Shown: positions 9,001 to 17,967 of the stretch, piece by piece
Position numbering within the stretch: the stretch's first letter is position 1
How the letters are laid out: each line of letters starts with the position of its first letter
Assembly (NCBI GenBank): GCA_032128115.1
Contig: JAQBHB010000021.1
Span: 1 to 23,907, forward strand
Length of the DNA stretch: 23,907 bases
Direction: 5' to 3'
From: Deltaproteobacteria bacterium
Lineage (GTDB): Bacteria; Myxococcota_A; UBA9160; SMWR01
Made by a program: the position numbers and the translations under genes
The notes under the pieces: model-generated
Database searches by the model: none
Told to the model about the DNA's origin: nothing
Seen by the model: only the letters and a program-made list of their open reading frames with translations

Positions 9001-10035
9001 ATGCCGAATCCGATCCGATCGGCGAGCGCCCTGGCGTTCGCCAGCCTGCTGTCGATCGCGTCTTCCGCGGCTGGCGCCGAGGGTCTTCCCCCGGTTTCGC
9101 GCGCCGGTGACCACGCCCCCATCGGTGTGATGGGCGAGCACCTCCACCACAAGGGCGAGGTGATGCTCTCGTACCGCTATGCGCGCATGCGCATGGACGG
9201 CAACCGCGAAGGAACGCGAAGCCTGAGTCCCGCCCAGGTGCTGGGCATGGGATACGCGGTGAGCCCCACCGACATGGACACGGACATGCACATGTTCGGG
9301 CTCATGGCCGCGCCCACCGACCGGATGACGCTGACGGCCATGGTTCCCTACATCAGCAAGGAGATGGATCACGTCACCGGAATGGCCACCCGGTTCGAGA
9401 CCCGGTCCAGCGGTGTGGGCGACCTCAAGCTTGGCAGCCTGTGGCGGCTCCTCGAAAACGAGAACCATCAGCTGATCTTCAACGCCGGGCTCAGCTTCCC
9501 CACCGGGTCGATCCAGAAGAAGGACCAGACGCCCATGGGCTTCCAGGTGCTGCCCTACCCCATGCAGCTGGGCACCGGCACCTACGACGTGCTCCTGGGG
9601 GCGACCTACAACGGCCACACCGGCGCCGCCACCTGGGGCAGCCAGATCGCCGGCGAGGTTCGCCCGGGCAGCAATGACCGCGGCTACACCGTGGGGGATC
9701 GCTACCACATCACGGGTTGGTTCATGTGGGACTGGACGCGCTGGATGGGTACGTCACTGCGTCTCGACTGGCAGCAGTGGTTCAACTACGACGGCGCCGA
9801 CCCGGCGCTCAACCCGGCGGTGGTGCCCACCGCCGATCCGCAGCTGCGGGCCGGTCGCCAGCTGGACATCCTGGTGGGAGCCAACTTCGTGTTGCCATTC
9901 GCCCAGAAGCTGCTGCGCAACCAGCGACTGGCGATCGAGGCGGGCTTCCCCCTCTACCGCCACCTGGACGGACCCCAACTCGAACGCGACTGGCGCGTGA
10001 TCGTGGGCTGGCAATACGCGTTCCACCTCTTCTGA
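9001..10035 (+). CDS. Outer-membrane beta-barrel 'transporter' (COG4313/Phenol_MetA_deg-like) with His/Met-rich N-terminus, possibly metal uptake
   Basis: Signal peptide MPNPIRSASALAFASLLSIASSAAGA; DHAPIGVMGEHLHHKGEVMLSYRY, MDTDMHMFGLM, SGVGDL, GLSFPTG, LPYPMQLGTGTYD, GPQL; aromatic-rich C-terminal strand VGWQYAFHLF. Confidence 0.85.
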   Translation: MPNPIRSASALAFASLLSIASSAAGAEGLPPVSRAGDHAPIGVMGEHLHHKGEVMLSYRYARMRMDGNREGTRSLSPAQVLGMGYAVSPTDMDTDMHMFGLMAAPTDRMTLTAMVPYISKEMDHVTGMATRFETRSSGVGDLKLGSLWRLLENENHQLIFNAGLSFPTGSIQKKDQTPMGFQVLPYPMQLGTGTYDVLLGATYNGHTGAATWGSQIAGEVRPGSNDRGYTVGDRYHITGWFMWDWTRWMGTSLRLDWQQWFNYDGADPALNPAVVPTADPQLRAGRQLDILVGANFVLPFAQKLLRNQRLAIEAGFPLYRHLDGPQLERDWRVIVGWQYAFHLF

Positions 10036-10038
10036 GCG

Positions 10039-10836
10039 CTATTCGCCGCGGAAGACCGGGGGGCGTTTCTCCAGGAATGCGCGGGGGCCCTCGCTGGCAT
10101 CCTTGGAGGTCATGACCTTCATGCCGTGCTGCTGCTCGATCGCGAAGGCCTCCGCTTCGGGGAGCGTCTCCGTGGAGCGCAGCGTGGCCAGGATGGCCTT
10201 GACCGCCAGGGGGCCGTTCGCGGCGATGCGCTGCGCGATCTCGCGCGCCTTCGTCAGCGCCTGGCCGTCGGGCACCACGTGGTTGATGAGGCCCAGCTCG
10301 TGGGCCCGCCGGGCCGGCAGGTCTTCACCGCACAGGAGCATCTCGGCAGCCACGGCGTAGGGGATCTGCCGGCGCAAGCGCACGCTGGAGCCGGCCATGG
10401 GGAACAGTCCTCGCTGCACCTCCGTTACGCCGAACACGGCGCTCTCCCCCGCCACCCGGATGTCGGTGCCCTGCAGGATCTCGGTGCCACCGGCCCGCGC
10501 GAAGCCCTCGGCCGCCAGGATCACCGGCTTGCTGGGGCGGTAGGTCTTGAGCCAGGCCCCGAAGATGATGGCGGGGTCCTTCATCACCCGCTCCATCCAC
10601 TCGCTGTCCGGTACGCCGGAGCTGAGCTTGGGGATCTCGGAGAGATCCATACCCGCGCAGAAGGTCTTGCCCGTGCCCGTGAGGATGGCACAGCGCAGGG
10701 CGTCGTCGGCATCCAGGTCCTGCCAGGCGTCATAGAGCCGGCACATCACCTCGCAGTTGACGGCGTTGCGCTTCTCGGGACGGTTGAGGGTAACGGTGAG
10801 GACGCTTCCGTCCTTCTCGACGAGCACGGCGGGCAT
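10039..10836 (-). CDS. Enoyl-CoA hydratase / crotonase (EchA19-like)
   Basis: TLNRPEKRNA, FCAGMDL, AGGTEILQGTDIRVA, EVQRGLFPMAGS, NGPLAV, EGPRAFLEKRPPVFRGE; GAGGAG RBS upstream. Confidence 0.93.
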   Translation of the reverse strand: MPAVLVEKDGSVLTVTLNRPEKRNAVNCEVMCRLYDAWQDLDADDALRCAILTGTGKTFCAGMDLSEIPKLSSGVPDSEWMERVMKDPAIIFGAWLKTYRPSKPVILAAEGFARAGGTEILQGTDIRVAGESAVFGVTEVQRGLFPMAGSSVRLRRQIPYAVAAEMLLCGEDLPARRAHELGLINHVVPDGQALTKAREIAQRIAANGPLAVKAILATLRSTETLPEAEAFAIEQQHGMKVMTSKDASEGPRAFLEKRPPVFRGE

Positions 10837-10864
10837 GGATTCTCCTCGCTTGCGTCAGGCATCG

Positions 10865-10966
10865 CGTTCGCTCCTTGAATCGCGACTCGATGTGGCGCGT
10901 GAAGCAATCGTCGCTTTCGTAGTAGTGGTTGTCGGCGTCGTAGATGTCGTAGTCGAGCTTCTTCAC
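10865..10966 (-). pseudogene. N-terminal remnant (~34 codons) of an Amidohydro_2-family amidohydrolase
   Basis: AGGAG RBS plus GTG 10966; translation KKLDYDIYDADNHYYESDDCFTRHIESRFKER has the DADNHYYE...FTRH N-terminal signature, then runs into the hydratase RBS region. Confidence 0.75.
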
Positions 10967-10991
10967 GGGGCTCCTATGATCCGGTTCGGGG

Positions 10992-12611
10992 CTACGACGG
11001 GCTTTCGCCGGTGGCAATGCGGGTGGCCCAGCGATAGTCGGGCTTCCCCGAGGGCGAGCGCTCGATCTTCTCCACCAGGTGGATTTCCCGGGGCAGCTTG
11101 TAGCCGGCAATGTGCTTGCGGCACGCGGCCTGGATGTCTTCCAGGCTGGGGGTGGCCCCCGCGCGCGGCTCGATCACCGCTGCGACCCGGCTACCCCAGC
11201 GCTCGTCGGGGACACCCACCACCAGGGCGTCGTAAGCGTCCGGGTGCTCCTTGATGGCGGACTCCACCTCCTCGGGAAAGATCTTCTCGCCGCCGGAATT
11301 GATGGAGACGGAGCCGCGTCCCAACAGCGTGATCGATCCGTCCTCCTCCACCTTCGCGAAGTCGCCGGGAATCGAGTAGCGCACGCCATCCGCATCGGTC
11401 AGAAACGTTTCGGCCGTCTTCACCGGGTCCTTGTAGTACTCGAGTGGGATGTACCCGCGGCGGGCGATCTTCCCGATCGCCTCCGATCCGGGTGCCAGCG
11501 GCCGCAGGTTCTCGTCGAGCACCAGGGTGCCCTCCCCCGCCTTGAACGTGGCGCGCCCGCCCATCTCGAGAACCGTGTCCTTCGTGGAGAGCCGCATGCC
11601 GTTGCTTCCGCCCTCGGACGAACCCACGCCATCGACGATCAGCAGATTCGGAAGGTGCCGGAAGAAATCCTGCTTCACGGTGGGTGAAAAGACCGCGGCG
11701 GTGCTGGCCAGGACGAACAGGGACGTGAGGTCCCTTCCCGCCGACTCGCGCGCCAGGGCATCCACCATGGGCCGTCCCATGGCATCGCCGGTGATCATGA
11801 GCGACTGCACGCCCTCCTGCTCCACCAGGCGCCAGACCTCGGCCGCGTCGAACCTCGCGATCGAGACGTTCTTGTGGCCCACCAGGCTGCGGCTCATCAC
11901 CGACCACTGGCTGGCCCCGTGCATCAGCGGCGCCGGGGAGAAATGGACGCGCGGCCCGGGTTTGTCGTGGCGCTCGATCAGGTCTTCCGGGCGCTCCACC
12001 TTCTGACCACTCTGGGGATCGATGCCTCCGCCCAGGGCGAAGAAGACGTCCTCGTGACGCCAGACCACTCCCTTGGGCAGGCCCGTGGTTCCCCCGGTGT
12101 AGAGCATGTAGAGATCGTCTCCCGAGCGCGGCGCGAAGTCGCGCTCGGGGGAACAGCCGGCCAGGGCTTCCTCGTAGGGCGCGGAGTCCAGGCCGCTCAG
12201 GTCGGCACCACTGTCGTCATCGAGCACCAGCAGGTGCTCGAGGCCCGGCATGCTGCCGCGCACGGCGGCCACCCGCGGCGCGTACTGGCGCTCGTGGACC
12301 AGGGCCTTGAGATCCGCGTTGTCGAAGACGTAGCGGAGTTCGTCCTCTACATAGCGGTAGTTGATGTTGATCCAGATCGCGCGCAGCTTGAACACGGCCC
12401 ACAGGGTCTCGACCCACTCGACCCGGTTCAGCGCGTAGATGCCCACGTGATCGCCCGGGCCCACGCCCCGGGCGGCCAGGTGGTGCGCCAGACGGTTGGC
12501 CCGCGCCTCCATCTCGGCGTAGCTGCGCCGTTCGCCGCCGGCAACCAGGCATTCCTCGGCCCCGAAGTGATCGACCGCATTCTCGAACAGATCTGCGAGG
12601 TTGAATTCCAT
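10992..12611 (-). CDS. Acyl-CoA synthetase (FadD19-like AMP-binding enzyme)
   Basis: MEFNLADLFE, NINYRY, YTGGTTGLPKGVVWRHED, PLMHG, GSSE, YYKDPVKT, PGD, GRGSVSINSGGEKIFPEEVE, RSPSGKPDY. Confidence 0.95.
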   Translation of the reverse strand: MEFNLADLFENAVDHFGAEECLVAGGERRSYAEMEARANRLAHHLAARGVGPGDHVGIYALNRVEWVETLWAVFKLRAIWININYRYVEDELRYVFDNADLKALVHERQYAPRVAAVRGSMPGLEHLLVLDDDSGADLSGLDSAPYEEALAGCSPERDFAPRSGDDLYMLYTGGTTGLPKGVVWRHEDVFFALGGGIDPQSGQKVERPEDLIERHDKPGPRVHFSPAPLMHGASQWSVMSRSLVGHKNVSIARFDAAEVWRLVEQEGVQSLMITGDAMGRPMVDALARESAGRDLTSLFVLASTAAVFSPTVKQDFFRHLPNLLIVDGVGSSEGGSNGMRLSTKDTVLEMGGRATFKAGEGTLVLDENLRPLAPGSEAIGKIARRGYIPLEYYKDPVKTAETFLTDADGVRYSIPGDFAKVEEDGSITLLGRGSVSINSGGEKIFPEEVESAIKEHPDAYDALVVGVPDERWGSRVAAVIEPRAGATPSLEDIQAACRKHIAGYKLPREIHLVEKIERSPSGKPDYRWATRIATGESPS

Positions 12612-12786
12612 TCCGGGAGCTCTCCTTCGGGTCTTGGCCGCGATCCTATTTCAATCGCGTGATGGAACCAATCCCGGGCCTTCCCCCGGGGCCGCGCGAT
12701 CGATGCCGGCCACCTGGCCCTGCGCGACGCCTGCGCTAGCAGGGCCCGCCGTGTATTCTCCCGGCACATTGAACCGGAGCATCGCC

Positions 12787-13011
12787 ATGTTTCACCGATT
12801 TCTTCTCCTCTCCACGAGCCTCTTCGTCGCCTCGACCGCGGCTGCACACCCGGGCCATGGCGAAGTGGCCCAGGGATCCAGCCTCGCTCACCATCTGACC
12901 GAACCGATTCACGTGCTCGGAACGATCCTCCTGATCGCCACGGTTCTCGCAACCGCGCACGCGTTTCGCCGCTGGCGACGCTCGGTCCGCCAACCCGCTT
13001 CCTGGCGCTAG
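12787..13011 (+). CDS. Small exported/membrane protein with HPGHG and HHLTEPIH motifs (resembles the HupE/UreJ N-terminus)
   Basis: GGAG RBS, ATG 12787; signal peptide ending AAA|HPGHG, His cluster, one hydrophobic helix, Arg-rich tail; 74 aa. Confidence 0.7.
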   Translation: MFHRFLLLSTSLFVASTAAAHPGHGEVAQGSSLAHHLTEPIHVLGTILLIATVLATAHAFRRWRRSVRQPASWR

Positions 13012-13056
13012 CCGCGCCGCAGAGCACAACGCACGTGGGGGCGAGAAGTCAGTCTG

Positions 13057-14745
13057 CTAGCAGCCGTTGATCACCTGGCCCGGGAGCGCGCCCGTGTGGG
13101 CGCCGTCTTCCAGCAGTACCTCCCCGTTCACCACTGCGAAGCGATAGCCCTCGGCGTCCACCACGTAGCGCCGGGTCTGCGCGGGGAAGTCCTGGGTGAG
13201 ATAGGCCTCGCCGGCGGCCAGGGTTTCCGGATCGAACACCGCCACGTCGGCCCAGGCGCCCACCCGCAGGAAGCCCCGGTCGCGCAGCCCGTGCACGCTG
13301 GCGGGCATGCCCGAGAGCCTCCAGATGGCCTGCTCCAATGTGATCGCGTCGGGAACCCACTCGGCCAGCAGGCGCGTGGTGTAGTCGGCGCCGGTGAACG
13401 AGGCCAGGTGGGCGCCACCGTCGCTCGAGCCCGCCATCACCCGGGGATCCTTGACCCCCGTGCTCACCACGTGCTGGATGAACTGCTTCGCCACGTCCGA
13501 CATGCGGGTGCGGAAGTTCATGGTCAGGTGTTCCGAGAGCGAGAGGTCAAGGAACGTGTCGAGCGGATCTCCGCCCCGCTCGACCGCAATCTCCCCCACG
13601 CTGCGTCCCACCAGACCTTCGTTGCGTGCGTCCGTGACCGATTCCACCTCCAGGTCGCCCAGGTCGAAGGCCACGGCGCGCCCCTGATCGTCGTTCCACT
13701 CGGCCCGCAATCGCTCGCGCCATTCCGCGTTGCCCAGGCGCTTCGACCGCTCGGGCTCGGGCCGGGTCAGCACCTCGCGCCAGACGGGCATCTCGTCGAA
13801 CACGAAGGTCTCGCCCAGTCGCAGATGCAACTCGAGGCGGTTGGTCGTGACCTGCGGGTGGAGCCGGACGCCGCGCTCGCCCACCTCGTGGCAGAAGTCC
13901 AGCAGGTTCTGCCAGCCCAGAGGGTGCTGTGGCGTGGGCACCAGCAGGTTCAACTCGATGGGCTTGCCACTCACCTCGTAGAGGCGCACCAGCAACTCGC
14001 GATCCGCCTTGTCGTAGCCCGAGGCGAAGCTGCGGGGAATGATCTCGATGGCCCCGTGGTCGAACTCGGCAAGCACCGAGGCCAGGGCCACGATCTCCTC
14101 GGGCGTGGCGTGGTTCGAGGGTACCTCGCGGCCGTCGTCGCCCACGTGGAGTTCGACCTGCGAAGTGGAGAAGCCGATGGCTCCCTCGCGCATGGCCGCC
14201 CGCACGAGATCCTGCATCTGGGCGATCTCGTCGTCGCGGGCCGCCCGCTCCGAGGCGTCGTCACCCATCACCCAGCGGCGCACGGCACAATGGCCCACGT
14301 AGCCGCCGGCATTGACCCCGAGCTTGCCTTCCAGGCGCGACCAGAAATCGCCGAAGCTGCCGCCCGCGAACTTGAAGCCCACGGCCAGGGCTTCCTTGGA
14401 CATGCCCTCCACGCGCGAAAGCATGGCCGCCAGCCAGGGAACGTCCTCGGGCTTCGCGGGCGCCAGGGTGAAGCCGCAGTTCCCCGTGAGCACCGTGGTC
14501 ACGCCGTGAAAGCACGAGGGAGTGGCCAGGGGATCCCAATCGAGCTGCACGTCGTAGTGGGTGTGCACATCGATGAAGCCCGGGCACACCACGAGCCCAT
14601 CCGCATCCAGGACGCGCCCGGCGTCCTCGGTCACCCGGCCGATCTTCGCGATGCGCCCGTTCCGGATGGCCACGTCGGCGCTGAATGCCGGCAGGCCCGT
14701 TCCGTCCACCACACGGCCGCCGCGAATCACCAGATCGAATGCCAT
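13057..14745 (-). CDS. N-acyl-D-amino-acid deacylase family amidohydrolase
   Basis: Start MAFDLVIRGGRVVDGTG (ATG 14745, GGAGG RBS); PGFIDVHTHYD, GVTTVLTGNCG, SDGGAH, DRGFLRVGAWADVAVFDP, VVNG, GALPG; 562 aa. Confidence 0.93.
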   Translation of the reverse strand: MAFDLVIRGGRVVDGTGLPAFSADVAIRNGRIAKIGRVTEDAGRVLDADGLVVCPGFIDVHTHYDVQLDWDPLATPSCFHGVTTVLTGNCGFTLAPAKPEDVPWLAAMLSRVEGMSKEALAVGFKFAGGSFGDFWSRLEGKLGVNAGGYVGHCAVRRWVMGDDASERAARDDEIAQMQDLVRAAMREGAIGFSTSQVELHVGDDGREVPSNHATPEEIVALASVLAEFDHGAIEIIPRSFASGYDKADRELLVRLYEVSGKPIELNLLVPTPQHPLGWQNLLDFCHEVGERGVRLHPQVTTNRLELHLRLGETFVFDEMPVWREVLTRPEPERSKRLGNAEWRERLRAEWNDDQGRAVAFDLGDLEVESVTDARNEGLVGRSVGEIAVERGGDPLDTFLDLSLSEHLTMNFRTRMSDVAKQFIQHVVSTGVKDPRVMAGSSDGGAHLASFTGADYTTRLLAEWVPDAITLEQAIWRLSGMPASVHGLRDRGFLRVGAWADVAVFDPETLAAGEAYLTQDFPAQTRRYVVDAEGYRFAVVNGEVLLEDGAHTGALPGQVINGC

Positions 14746-14852
14746 GGCGCCCTCCGGATTCTTGCACGTACCGTCAGGAACCCGATACTCGTAGCAGAAT
14801 CGGGGGCTTTTCGAGGAGCCGATTGTGAGAAGATCCCAGGCTGAGGAATCCC

Positions 14853-15206
14853 ATGAAATCCCTGCGCACACCCGACGAGCGCTTCGAGAATCTGCCCGGC
14901 TATCCTTTTGAGCCCCACTACGCCCAGGTGGACGGACTTCGCCTCCACTACGTGGACGAGGGTCTGCGCGACCTGACTCTCGTGTGCCAGGACTGGGGGG
15001 GTCTGATCGGGTTGCGCCTGGTGGCCGAGCACCCGGATCGATTTGCCCGGGTGGTGGTGGCCAATACGCTGCTGCCCACGGGCGAGTTGCCCGAGGACGT
15101 GGGCCAGCCCCACACCACCATCGCAAACGCGGGCCACTTCCTGCAGGAGGATGCCGGCGAAGAGCTGGCCCGCGCGGTAGTGGACTTCATCGCGCGCAAC
15201 GCCTGA
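14853..15206 (+). pseudogene. Haloalkane dehalogenase (DhlA/DhmA-type) reduced to 117 aa by two in-frame internal deletions
   Basis: N-terminal LRTPDERFENLPGYPFEPHY...HYVDEG joined directly to LRDLTLVCQDWGGLIG...ANTLLPTG, then to GQPHTTIANAGHFLQED; the HGEP-containing segment and the cap domain are missing. Confidence 0.85.
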
Positions 15207-15221
15207 TCCTCGGAGCTCCGC

Positions 15222-17150
15222 ATGCAAGTGTCCCAGCGCCTCGAACCCATCACCGAAGACGACGCCACCCTGGCCGAGATGCTGAAGGGCGCCAGCATCC
15301 CGACCCTCATGCTTTCGCTGCTGCACATCACGGGCGACAAGGACCTGCTGCGCGGCAGCATCCGACCGCGCAAGGCGATCCTGGGTGAATCCCAGGGCTT
15401 CATGCCGGAAGACGAAAAAGAGGCCGTGCGCGCACAGGCCCTCGAGATCCTGAATCTCTTTCGCGACCAGGGCTCGAAGCTCCCGCCGCCACCCCCCGCC
15501 GAGACCATCCACGAGATGATGCGTTTCCTGGTGGGCGAGGCCGTACCCGAAGAGTACGTGCCCATGATGCTCGAGGAGATGGAACTCGACGGCGAAGACG
15601 TGCGCGGCTTCCAGTGGGAAAAACCCGTGTCCGCCGAGGAACGCGGCCGCTTCCGGGTCTTGATCATCGGCGCCGGCATGTCGGGGATCCTGACGGCCAT
15701 CCGCCTGGAAGAAGCCGGCATCCCCTACACGATCATCGAGAAAAACGATGCAGTCGGAGGCACCTGGCACGAGAATACCTATCCGGGCTGTCGGGTGGAC
15801 ATCGCCAACCATTTCTATTGCTATTCGTTCGAGCCGAATCACGACTGGCCCGAGTACTTCTCCCAACGCGTGCAGCTGTTCGAGTATTTCGATGCCTGCG
15901 TCGACCGCCATGGCCTGCGGCCCCACATCCGCTTTGGAACCGAGGTGGTGGCCGCCCGCTTCGATTCCGAGACCGCGCGCTGGCGGGTCACGCTGCGCTC
16001 GCAGGCTGGCGCCGAAGAGACCGTCGAGGCGCATGTTCTCGTCAGCGCCGTCGGCCAGCTGAGCCGGCCCAGGCTTCCGGACATTCCGGGGCGCGAGAAC
16101 TTCCAGGGTCCGGCCTTCCACTCGGCGGCCTGGGAGCACGAGCACGACCTGAACGGCAAACGCATCGCCGTCATCGGCACCGGCGCGACCTCGCTGCAGC
16201 TGGTACCGGAGCTGGCGAAGACCGCGGGCCACCTGACGGTCTTCCAGCGGTCACCCGCCTGGATGGTTCCGAACCCCTCGTATCACCGCTTCGTCAGCGA
16301 GGGCAAGAAATGGTGCCTGAAGCACCTGCCCTACTACGCCCGCTGGTATCGATTCCTGCTGTTCTGGCCCGGCTCCGACGGACTCCTGCCTTCCCTGGTG
16401 GTAGACCCGGACTGGCCGCACCCGGAGCGCTCGGTGAACGCCCTGAACGACCAGCATCGCGAGATCTTCACCCAATACATGAAATCCCAGGTGGCCGACC
16501 CGGTGCTGCTGGACCAGGTGACTCCGCGCTATCCGCCCTTCGGCAAGCGCATGCTCCAGGACAACGGCAGTTGGCTGGCCGCGCTGCAGCACGACAACGT
16601 GACCCTCGTCACCAGCGGCATCCGCGAGATCACAGCGGATGCCGTGATCGACGGCGACGGAGAGCGCCGCCCGATGGACGTCGTCGTCTACGCCACCGGC
16701 TTTCACGCCAACCGGTTCCTGTGGCCCATGGCGATCACCGGCCGGGACGGCCTGATCTTGAGCGAGCTGTGGGGCGATGATCCACGCGCCTATCTGGGCA
16801 TCAGCGTCCCGGGCTTTCCCAATCTCTTCTGCCTGTACGGCCCCTCGACGAATCTGGCGCACGCGGGGAGCATCATCTTCCACTCCGAGTGCCAGGTGCG
16901 CTACATCATGGGCTGCCTCAAGGCGCTGTTGGAGAACGGACTCTCGACGATGGAGTGCAAGCAGGACGTGCACGACGCCTACAACGAGAGGCTCGATGCC
17001 ACCATGGCCGGTATGGTCTGGTCGCACCCTGGCATGGACAGCTGGTACAAGAACAGCCGGGGCCGGGTCACCACCACCTCCCCGTGGAGGCTGGTCGACT
17101 ACTGGGGCTGGACGAAGGCACCGGACCTGGAAGACTACGACCTGGCCTGA
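15222..17150 (+). CDS. Baeyer-Villiger / flavin-containing monooxygenase, 4-hydroxyacetophenone monooxygenase (HapE)-like with N-terminal extension
   Basis: 642 aa; GAGMSG, GGTWHENTYPGCRVD, BVMO fingerprint FQGPAFHSAAW, GTGATS, KRMLQDNG, ATGF, FPNLFCLYGP, SWYKN. Confidence 0.93.
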   Translation: MQVSQRLEPITEDDATLAEMLKGASIPTLMLSLLHITGDKDLLRGSIRPRKAILGESQGFMPEDEKEAVRAQALEILNLFRDQGSKLPPPPPAETIHEMMRFLVGEAVPEEYVPMMLEEMELDGEDVRGFQWEKPVSAEERGRFRVLIIGAGMSGILTAIRLEEAGIPYTIIEKNDAVGGTWHENTYPGCRVDIANHFYCYSFEPNHDWPEYFSQRVQLFEYFDACVDRHGLRPHIRFGTEVVAARFDSETARWRVTLRSQAGAEETVEAHVLVSAVGQLSRPRLPDIPGRENFQGPAFHSAAWEHEHDLNGKRIAVIGTGATSLQLVPELAKTAGHLTVFQRSPAWMVPNPSYHRFVSEGKKWCLKHLPYYARWYRFLLFWPGSDGLLPSLVVDPDWPHPERSVNALNDQHREIFTQYMKSQVADPVLLDQVTPRYPPFGKRMLQDNGSWLAALQHDNVTLVTSGIREITADAVIDGDGERRPMDVVVYATGFHANRFLWPMAITGRDGLILSELWGDDPRAYLGISVPGFPNLFCLYGPSTNLAHAGSIIFHSECQVRYIMGCLKALLENGLSTMECKQDVHDAYNERLDATMAGMVWSHPGMDSWYKNSRGRVTTTSPWRLVDYWGWTKAPDLEDYDLA

Positions 17151-17178
17151 TGGGGCCGGACCCAACCGAGAGGTGAGC

Positions 17179-17946
17179 ATGAACCCTGATCAGTCGACGG
17201 GGGGTGGGCAGGTCCCGCCTCATACGACCCTGAAGGCGTATTACGACGCGGACCCGGACCGCAGCGAATACGTCCTCGACCTGTTCAACAAGACCGCACA
17301 TCACTACAACACGATCGAGAAGATCTTCGGCAACGGCGGCCTGTGGTATCGCCGCTTCTCCCTGCGCCGCGCCGGCATGCAGCGGGGCATGAAGGTCCTG
17401 GACGTGGCCATCGGCACGGCCGCCGTTTCGCGCGGGGCGGTGCAGCTGGTGGGACCCGAGGGCCGGGTGTTCGGTGTGGACCCCAGCATGGGCATGATGC
17501 GCGAGGCCCGGAAGGTGTTCGGGGGACCGCTGACCCGGGGCGTGGCCCAGGAGCTGCCCTTCGCCAGCAACAGCTTCGACTTCGTCACCATGGGCATCGC
17601 CCTGCGCCACGTCTCGGACCTGGTGGCCGCCTTCAGCGAGTACCAGCGGGTGCTCAAGCCAGGCGGCAAGGTCTGGATCCTGGAGGGCCACGTTCCCGAG
17701 TCGGACCTGGGCCACCGGGCCACCCGGTTCGTATGGGCGAAGGTGATTCCGGGTCTGACCCTGGCCTTCACGCGCAGCCGCGAAGCCAAACTGCTGATGG
17801 ACTACTACTGGGATACGGTCGAGAAATGCGTCCCGCCCGAAACGATCCTGGACGCCATGTCGAAGGGTGGCCTCGAGCAGCCCCGGTTCAAGGTCGTGGT
17901 CCCCGGCGCCTTCTGCGAGTACACGGCCCGCAAGCCCCTCTCCTGA
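17179..17946 (+). CDS. Class I SAM-dependent methyltransferase (UbiE/MenG-like)
   Basis: GAGGTG RBS, ATG 17179; VLDVAIGTA, GVDPSMGM, LPFASNSFDFV, RVLKPGG; 255 aa. Confidence 0.88.
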   Translation: MNPDQSTGGGQVPPHTTLKAYYDADPDRSEYVLDLFNKTAHHYNTIEKIFGNGGLWYRRFSLRRAGMQRGMKVLDVAIGTAAVSRGAVQLVGPEGRVFGVDPSMGMMREARKVFGGPLTRGVAQELPFASNSFDFVTMGIALRHVSDLVAAFSEYQRVLKPGGKVWILEGHVPESDLGHRATRFVWAKVIPGLTLAFTRSREAKLLMDYYWDTVEKCVPPETILDAMSKGGLEQPRFKVVVPGAFCEYTARKPLS

Positions 17947-17967
17947 GCTCGGCTGGCCGCGGATCCG

